Origin: Candidatus Lloydbacteria bacterium
GTDB taxonomy: Bacteria > Patescibacteriota > Minisyncoccia > Phycocordibacterales > UBA6899
Length of the DNA: 64,000 nt
Assembly (NCBI GenBank): GCA_043719805.1
Contig: JAYSTI010000015.1
Span: 4,881-68,880, forward strand
Reading direction: 5' to 3'
Part shown: positions 61,001 to 64,000 of the stretch, in pieces
How the letters are laid out: each line of letters begins with the position of its first letter
Position numbering within the stretch: position 1 is the stretch's first letter
Position numbers and translations under genes: made by a program
Notes under the pieces: generated by a model
What the model was told of the DNA's origin: nothing
The model's input: the letters and a program-made list of their open reading frames with translations, nothing else
The model's database searches: none

Positions 61001-64000
61001 ACCGGCGATACGGTCATGACGGTGTATCTTGATACAGGAGGAGCAGCTAAGGCCGTTTGGGTGACGAGGTCAGCCGCCGCCAGTCTTTCGGGCGTTAAGC
61101 TGTATCAGAATCGCGTCATTGTCAGTCATGAGGACGTCACTCCGCTCACGATCGCGAACATGAACGCCTACGATGGAGGGGACGATGCGGACATTCCGTT
61201 TGTGGCGACGCTCGGATCTCCAAATACGCTTACGGTAAATCCGGAGATGGAGTTTTGGGTATGGACCGGGAAGACGTTCATTCCCGGAGGAAATATCACA
61301 CTCAATTCGGGGGGCTCCGGAAATAATTGGGATGGTGCATTCCACATCGATAACAGCTCGACTTTCACCGCGCAGGGGACGGAGTCACATTCGGTCGGGG
61401 GCAAATGGACCGCAGATGCCGGTGCGACATTCACTGCTGCTTCGTCGACATTCATCTTTACTGCAACCACATCGGGAAAGGCAATCACCGCAATCGTACC
61501 AATCACATTCTGGAATACAACGTTCAACGGCACGGGGGGAAATTGGTCAGTGAACCAGACCGTGAACGTCGGAAACAATTTCGTTGTTACGGCAGGAACA
61601 GTTTCGGGTGCAAGTTCTATTAACGTAACCGGAACGAGTGCAAGCGGGAACGGAGTTGTTGCGATGACGGGTGGGACGTTCTCCCTGTTCTACGGCGGAA
61701 CATTTGGAGGAACGTCAGACTGGAGTTTCAATAATCTTACCTTCGGTACCGGCACGGTGGCGACAACAACAAAGACTGCTTCTTCGACGGTGACGGTGTC
61801 GAGTGTATTGACCGTTGCAAGTGCCCATGTATTTCTTGCGGGTAGTCCGTCGACGTGGAATTTGACCGGCGGCGGGACTCCGTTCGTTCAAAGTGGTACG
61901 TTCGACGCACAGACGAGCATCTTCAGATATAGCAGTAATGCGGCGACGAACATCACGCCCGCAACGTATCATCGCCTCTATCTTGCACCGAGCGCGTCGG
62001 GTGGTCCGACGTATACATTTTCGAGCGGTACGTTCACCGTGAACAATAATTTGAGTATTGGTGACGGAGTAAACACCGCGACGGTGACGGCGACGACCAA
62101 TGACCCGATTCTCAATGTGCTTGGGGATATGTTCATTCGCGCGACTACGACATTTATCGCGTCAGATAGTGCGGCTCTAAACGCGTCGCGTGACTTTGTA
62201 AACGCAGGGCTCTTCACGAGCTCAGGTGGGACCGTCAACTTTATTGCAACAACAACCGGACGCTTTGTTACGACTGCGTCTTCGTCGTTTGCCAACGTGA
62301 ATTTCAACGGCGCGGCGGGAGGATGGACGATAACGGGGAATGCAACGTCGACAAGTAATTTCTCTCTCACTGCTTCGTCACAATTTACGATGGCGTCGGG
62401 TACAACACTTGAGGTGAAGGGGGTATTTACCAATGCCGTGGGTGGCACTGCAACGACGTGGACAGGCACAACGCTCTACATGAACTCCGGCGCCACATCC
62501 GCACTCAACGCGAAGTCTGTGTTGGGGGATCAGTATGAGACGCTGAACGTCGCCGCAAGTACTGCAATTAGTATGTGGAACTCAGCTGCAACCTCGACGA
62601 GCATCAACGCGAGTGGAAGTTTGTATTCACAAAACCACGCGTCGACGACCGGCTTACTGTACATATTCGGAGCATACGCACGCTCATCCGGAACGGACTA
62701 TTGGAGTTACGCAAATAATTTCGATGGAACCGCGCTTGGGGTAGCGAGTCGTCGCGTTGATGTGCGTTTTGCCTCTGCGACAACGATGACGGTATCGGGT
62801 ACCGGAGGACTTGAGGTGATTGGTATTTCAACTGCATCGACGACGCTCGATGTGCAGTCTTTGGGTACGTACGCCATGAGTTTTTCAGGTGGCTCGTCGA
62901 CGATGCGGTATTTGAATGTTCGTGGAGTCAATGGCAACGGTTTTAATTACTCCGGCACAACACTGGCGAATGATCTCTCGGATGCCGATTTTCTTCTGCA
63001 GGTGGACGGGGGAAGTATGATTACCGTCGCAGGAGGGACGATCGACGTGAACCCGCTCAAGATCTTTTCACGAAACTATTTCAGCACCACGACGGGTATT
63101 GTCTCTGGGTATAACGTGAAGGCGACCGGTGTTTCCGGATCAATCTGGCGTTTCTCCGGAACTCCCGCCTTGTACGGAAATTATTCCGGAGAGGCCCGTG
63201 ATTCCGACCCAGGAGGCGACCCGGGGTACATTGTGTGGGATGACTCTGCGAACAACGTTACAATTTCAGGAAATGTGTACGGCGACGAAGGGGTTACTCC
63301 TATCGGTGGACCGACATGTAACGGTGTTACGCAAAACGTACGACTCAAGGTGCAAGGGGCAGGTACCTATACCTCGGCTTGTAATGCGGTATCGGGAGCA
63401 TTTTCAATCTCATCTGTCGTGTTTAATCCCGGAGACACACTCACGCTCTATCTCGACACTAATAGCACTACGTCTGCGGCGAATATTTCCGTTGATCCGA
63501 CAACGAACATCAGCAACATGCATCTGTATCGCGATCGCGTCATTCTCCGTCACGAACAGGGAAGTCCGATGACTATCGCTGCAATCGATTTGTACGACGG
63601 CAATCAGGACACCGATATCGCAGTCCAGGCATCGCTCGGCGCTCCAAATATTCTCATTGTTCGCGCAGGCACAAAAATTATCGTCTGGACCGCGAAAACA
63701 TTTACGCCGGGAGGAAACGTAACGATACACGGAAATGCCGCAAGTGGCATTGACGGCACGGTCGAGCTTCAGGCGACGTCGACGTGGGCATCAACGGGCT
63801 CGGAAACGCACACATTGGCAGGGCAGTTCCTTGCGCAGTCCGCCGCTACTGTTGTTCCCGCAAGTTCCACGTTCATATTCTATGCAACGACGACGGGAAA
63901 GTACATTGCGGCATCGTCATCGCTTACGTTCTATAATCTCACCTTCAGTGGCGCTTCCGGAGGTTGGGATATCGGCGGCGTTGGTACTTCGTCCAACGAT
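49091..64000 (+). CDS. Giant surface protein of at least 4,970 aa, 3'-truncated at the window end. It was missed by the ORF track because it has no in-window stop. Its modules are: a signal anchor; a Pro/Ala-rich linker; tail-collar-like HxH modules; a WRGY domain; FN3-like domains; long parallel beta-helix repeat tracts; and a tandem super-repeat of about 2.4 kb.
   Basis: I translated this frame codon by codon from the ATG at 49091 to 64000, which is 14,910 nt or exactly 4,970 codons. I met no stop. The protein is coherent throughout, with repeated motifs such as TYYWRVRAKD and FxNLTFxGxGGxW. It shares a domain with the ORF at 17521..22842. The N-terminus is MHNQFSFILRRLNISFSVRTRLVFGALALVVTLWAF. 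Confidence 0.75.
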   Translation, partial: MHNQFSFILRRLNISFSVRTRLVFGALALVVTLWAFTQFVLAEKEANVYIFPSAMGSDGWENDEASLMQDLSPDAELVDFTRDNSSQVFFGKPVSTSTVDTSVIETPAPAPAEAPIVEVTTTPQSDAPASVTETLPSFPNPFVPSGINIETPVVAPMPTVEETAPSGIQSKIEQTLRDFLTRVWSPHSAIALEVPTTTSEIVSDAPNLSLVTDLFISSGVGSLEVPPLVEGSSASTASTSTFSEIIISDIVPTGDTATTADASPLPILPSVESADPYTVALCTTLGKTCHVMEFDGFGLGGALDKNPLLGATLEISLAGSGAFTTGAYDRVIVRAYHAGHWQFLGSTELRGEVSNGKHGGYRKYELPDIAEWQDLSDLKIVVEYDRTSDADASAYVDGIWINARYANDALADASAEDVALSGMNIRSTLLAKDAEARKARRDRLMLPEGKELSFVNRQDYAGATLSVKTDDAVYHALGDGRTYFNVTNESADPQVVRVQFHFPVEGANVKSLSRFAHNVPYKVGQLKYNDIGYFCDAGWESGTSPSTFRCAVNEEVRSCDRLNDDKTNCITVGARVGLTEGTEYRDGWMEAALRPGSIIDDAGLFAKAVDLLLNQLPPDIMPSTVLPVAHLGDSVLLQPGQTMYFRADITVPLNGRGDFFVEAAAQSGAYGLVRSGWDGSWNHRAHISIDNENITTDGTFAIPISLDNAPSGFWEHVSRDGSDIRFVDEAAAAELPYWLQAFDTEKKTGLVWVRANGKDGGASTTIAMYYDFATTTSRSDPAAPFRTTEPEPRGIIFGGSQSDMTLHVIALDDNVRVLASDKPEVVLKKGESALFDGMKPGSVISADGPIAASVEAPGANAIYVPTGYAGDEFIIPGIGGERELSLGVTAPNVTHAGLGFTNGPEILDPVRGSIVGRPIALDESVTLTGSGDIIPVLGSNSQSFPTPIYPATTEELFGFQVGRSVVGVAWDATAFTVACGNGARQEVDGRRKGMTVKLDHCGAGEGLLSDAVRVMGASNPIGIVGEVNENLTVAVPRSEFASSYLSPYDATGVSILCAGEDGAMDIGVFDPQGGILASSTCAGAGVYPGRTFIAPVKDIFAAGFSVRTISSLSPQTFLAAIVPSVKASVDAKVSHALLPLISPQLSRVSGARHPGAQIGEEEFVVPGEHRRLDVDADGRDKDHFGRLLSKDREFSIHQLPAFVFQYKRQANGLLQSVRDVFGVKPFSVSRVVLKHATMGDIPVNYDISYGNNNEWSVALKDMHGAVRPGKYTLYVEIAEGGEVYVDEYDFYWGVLAINFNKTVFTEGEKVAISVGALSNNGNTICDANVKLWITDTVGVEDEVLMTPSGLCNGNNVVDVPDYSAMYALPNATGTYKVKLVRFDQYENVASQVSDSFEVRESVPYSVERDGPTRIYPLAHYPMKIRIHANEAFEGNIVERIPGDFTVIDRGNANLEWGDAEHTFITATWPVKLSAGGSIDLQYTFDAPDRSPFLFLLGPLEMTSTSGGTNFSELRQWQIASDAAGKMILYWDGGAAPSGWTCVSCLGSDPFSFRIAMGSSTYGGQGGATTTTHTVSGTINTATSTAVAESTQNNLLLADNLHGHSVTPNVVAATNTPLSKTLRVIQSTSAGEPPSLPVGAIAMFDIASTSLPLTWYRYAPMDGYYAMASTSVGSTTGANTHAHTVTGSTSPATGNGYRSRTPTISPQPALLSHVHRFSTSTNPTVNNEPPYVEVLYARLTVATTTLQNFNGMITMWDNTPPAGWTNQSDAGQVFDGKFLKASTTYSGTGGGTTHTHIDMSGGAVQSPDAQANGRTPTSPVVVQSAPGDHSHAFNLSGYSTDTSLPNYIEVIFAKRFSGITVYAQDNHLWYDNVNANTPTDIWPPGGSTLGEGDAITVSTQPPIPGNVLRLRMTFNVTNATATALSQAFKLQYVAADSGTCASALMWTDVGAIGAGGALWRGYNNAGVTDGANLSSLLLTNSNVGESYTEQNNSSSTPTEIPLLQTGEWDWVIQDNLATEGTNYCFRMVKSDGTPLDTYTDYPEAITNSAPDLPVQTIPFDNQKVSSVTPDFRFVGVDPELNDLDYEIQIDTTATFTAPFIDKESTANPELFDNINTPANKAPFYSGDTIHFAPTTALTNGVTYWWRVRAKDTNASNTYGAWSAIQSFTIDTSVVRTTWFQTRQIQFLNDTFDGATTTGANDVQLVVGSSTGYIYSQPIYFSVRGAETVWATTSWSRDETNGTVRLQVEYYTSTSSWALIPDADLSGNAATFGGGSKSLLTLDPNTYSIIRLKATLINISGSPILQDWTVSWGYKVVTPTQYLPFDNAKVGTTTPSFEFRSSDPLGGDLYYEIQWSTTSAFTSSTTRNSQASTTAFINIQNATDTQPFNSGDRIRFTPYGGDTLSATTTYYWRVRAKDVNGTNVFSFWSSIWSITTDSALTYTTWFQTHDGQFSTDALTSMETFASNTLRVATTTGDAMFAYASGVNQAPKYRLWDGASWGSSAASLSASSTIQWVVLKASTLYGEYLMGTIGANKHAIFQVYKNGAWGNSLSLTTTVANVSRRGIAIAYQTLSGNAVVAACDGDADPRYAIWNSTSSSWSATGTINVASVNNCEWLRLVSSPISNEVIVMERDTGAAYEAQVLNGTTSTWGNATTFGGMTETGHEGMALEYERSGYQAIALSSRLNTANFGWRSWDGSIWSAALTNQSITDDFEWGNLKVPGYATDTLALCYENQVDDHYVIRWNGAAWVGNTVMTATGNTKNDNRSIDCDYDAATSTDKSNVVVAYSDTTNARYKVFQSTTTPWSWWSQGTISTIPASAAVQTARTLGGKILAVFLNKTAKSYDFSAWNGSTWSTTQTLETTSSVSASPYAEPFMLAAKNPATQGSVVSTQINFADGLSPAWRQVLWSAQKPTGTTFVVQVQYLDSGTGAWTLIPNAQIPGNDVGTTTSPISILNLNTTTYGTIRLVGSATCYFGTCPFLNDWSVEWALGIQISGIARAHDLTTNVTSGTVAVAVNGAIQTGRTGTIAANGSWYIDNVNAFAGNVVTVFISGANDFNEAVAVAKYTGPGDMGGMKLSERWLTLGSASTTGQTLTLTDIGRYDNSISANEDIFYDVGVGGDYTNCATGVCLDSSIDVYSNTFRPSTSTPQTVNTWDMRNVAYFYADANTVKVSGSWINVGGFTSNASTIIFNATSSTRTIDSTGAATSTFFNVTFGESGNVATWGLSSAFTATGTVSMNFGTTSPGTSAMTLQGDLSIGASGTFLKGTATTTFSGALSKTWTDSTASKQDLGNILIDGTAKTLTLGSSVRASAVKIGADDILNAGGANTMTVLGFWENLGTFTAQTGTVTFATTTASLSINQGISDFYNLTFNGSGGSWRWLNTNATATANVTITVGTVTLPGGTLAVGSSFDNSGGTFVNSSGAIKFTSTATGRNVRFNGSNASTLLFSGTGGGWTFLDANATATQDVFITAGTPTFPSGTLEVGRDFLNQSGAFTANGGTLKMTSTLSGRSITLFGSSLASLLIAAAGTFTITDTNATATADVMFAAGTTVFPSGTFAIGGSFTNSAVFTAGSQVAFNASSGTKLVNPGSSSFVNVSVRPSTGATTTITANATTTGTFTLVSGNFSQTTGTALAVGGAFTNQTGGAATTWTGSTLSLNSGTSFTLNTKTLGGDAYATMRLVAGTNIRMWGSSVSTYQLASFSSMYSQNNVGISGALLIAGDYARTSGTDYWDYATDFDGTALGGSSRQVNVRFTPNATTTFTTGAILSIVGTSTATTTIDRQTTGSFAISLASTTLNASYYQFRNMNSSGLSLSGSTTITSLSYGDFEVATAGGSALTIASTTVTHNSGLQIFNVRFATTTAISAFNVTEVGTPTSVSSYIRFKQHYGNLAGEGFDVDPGGNPGYIRWDDSLFVISISGTVYTTALTPMGAPTCNDVTPNVRVKVDGLGNFTAVCSSVDGTFTVPGVTFTGDTVMTVYLDTGGAAKAVWVTRSAAASLSGVKLYQNRVIVSHEDVTPLTIANMNAYDGGDDADIPFVATLGSPNTLTVNPEMEFWVWTGKTFIPGGNITLNSGGSGNNWDGAFHIDNSSTFTAQGTESHSVGGKWTADAGATFTAASSTFIFTATTSGKAITAIVPITFWNTTFNGTGGNWSVNQTVNVGNNFVVTAGTVSGASSINVTGTSASGNGVVAMTGGTFSLFYGGTFGGTSDWSFNNLTFGTGTVATTTKTASSTVTVSSVLTVASAHVFLAGSPSTWNLTGGGTPFVQSGTFDAQTSIFRYSSNAATNITPATYHRLYLAPSASGGPTYTFSSGTFTVNNNLSIGDGVNTATVTATTNDPILNVLGDMFIRATTTFIASDSAALNASRDFVNAGLFTSSGGTVNFIATTTGRFVTTASSSFANVNFNGAAGGWTITGNATSTSNFSLTASSQFTMASGTTLEVKGVFTNAVGGTATTWTGTTLYMNSGATSALNAKSVLGDQYETLNVAASTAISMWNSAATSTSINASGSLYSQNHASTTGLLYIFGAYARSSGTDYWSYANNFDGTALGVASRRVDVRFASATTMTVSGTGGLEVIGISTASTTLDVQSLGTYAMSFSGGSSTMRYLNVRGVNGNGFNYSGTTLANDLSDADFLLQVDGGSMITVAGGTIDVNPLKIFSRNYFSTTTGIVSGYNVKATGVSGSIWRFSGTPALYGNYSGEARDSDPGGDPGYIVWDDSANNVTISGNVYGDEGVTPIGGPTCNGVTQNVRLKVQGAGTYTSACNAVSGAFSISSVVFNPGDTLTLYLDTNSTTSAANISVDPTTNISNMHLYRDRVILRHEQGSPMTIAAIDLYDGNQDTDIAVQASLGAPNILIVRAGTKIIVWTAKTFTPGGNVTIHGNAASGIDGTVELQATSTWASTGSETHTLAGQFLAQSAATVVPASSTFIFYATTTGKYIAASSSLTFYNLTFSGASGGWDIGGVGTSSND
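60240..64000 (+). repeat. Diverged tandem super-repeat of about 2.4 kb per copy within the giant ORF. Copy 2 continues beyond the window.
   Basis: Copy 1 (about 60240..62640) and copy 2 (62640 onwards) are collinear segments: YAR(T/S)SGTDYW.YA..FDGTALG...R.V.VRF...PGG(N/D)PGYI.WDDS...ISG.VY...TP.GGPTCN.VT.NVR.KV.G...LYLDT. Confidence 0.65.

Noticed and set aside
49594-63730. Numerous minus-strand and out-of-frame plus-strand ORFs of 60-265 aa in the track (for example 49594..50286, 50351..51148, 53368..53961, 61978..62469, 63129..63572)
   Set aside because: They all lie antisense or out of frame within the continuous ~15-kb plus-strand giant ORF. Their translations are low-complexity Arg/Ser/Pro-rich, as expected for shadows of a GC- and Thr/Gly-rich coding frame.
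1-64000. CRISPR arrays, rRNA and tRNA genes
   Set aside because: I found no regularly spaced direct repeats with unique spacers. The hairpin array at 37.3 kb has variable stems and is not repeat-spacer. I found no rRNA-like conserved blocks and no tRNA T-loop/acceptor patterns on either strand by eye. A dedicated tool (tRNAscan, Infernal) would be needed to be certain.

Overview
This 64-kb window has about 55% GC and is gene-dense. Its overall character is accessory, dominated by cell-surface genes; the lineage is uncertain, though the mix of giant surface proteins, cohesin/dockerin modules, an RRM protein and small leaderless genes resembles Patescibacteria/CPR-like or other small-genome Gram-positive-type envelopes. 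The housekeeping-type genes are a TldD/PmbA protease pair, a type II NADH dehydrogenase, an APC permease fused to universal-stress-protein domains, a DJ-1/PfpI protein, an RRM RNA-binding protein, an Hsp20 and an aminoglycoside-phosphotransferase-family kinase. The window also contains one complete IS5-family insertion sequence with 19-bp terminal inverted repeats. A minus-strand operon at 1..3121 pairs a SagB-type dehydrogenase with an AMMECR1-domain fusion protein. The most important feature is a giant open reading frame absent from the supplied ORF track: it runs from 49091 to the window end without a stop, at least 4,970 codons. This protein carries phage tail-collar-like HxH modules, FN3-like domains and long beta-helix repeats. 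A second surface protein of 1,773 aa contains an internal tandem duplication of about 584 aa per copy. A surface-protein cluster at 22.9-41.9 kb has two paralogous families in three copies each, plus a dockerin protein that shares the N-terminal motif of the second family. Elsewhere a membrane-anchored cohesin protein is present. A roughly 100-bp promoter/leader module containing tandem DnaA-box-like TTATCCACA 9-mers recurs three times. An array of hairpins at 37.3-37.6 kb shows compensatory stem variation. I recognised no rRNA, tRNA or CRISPR array.
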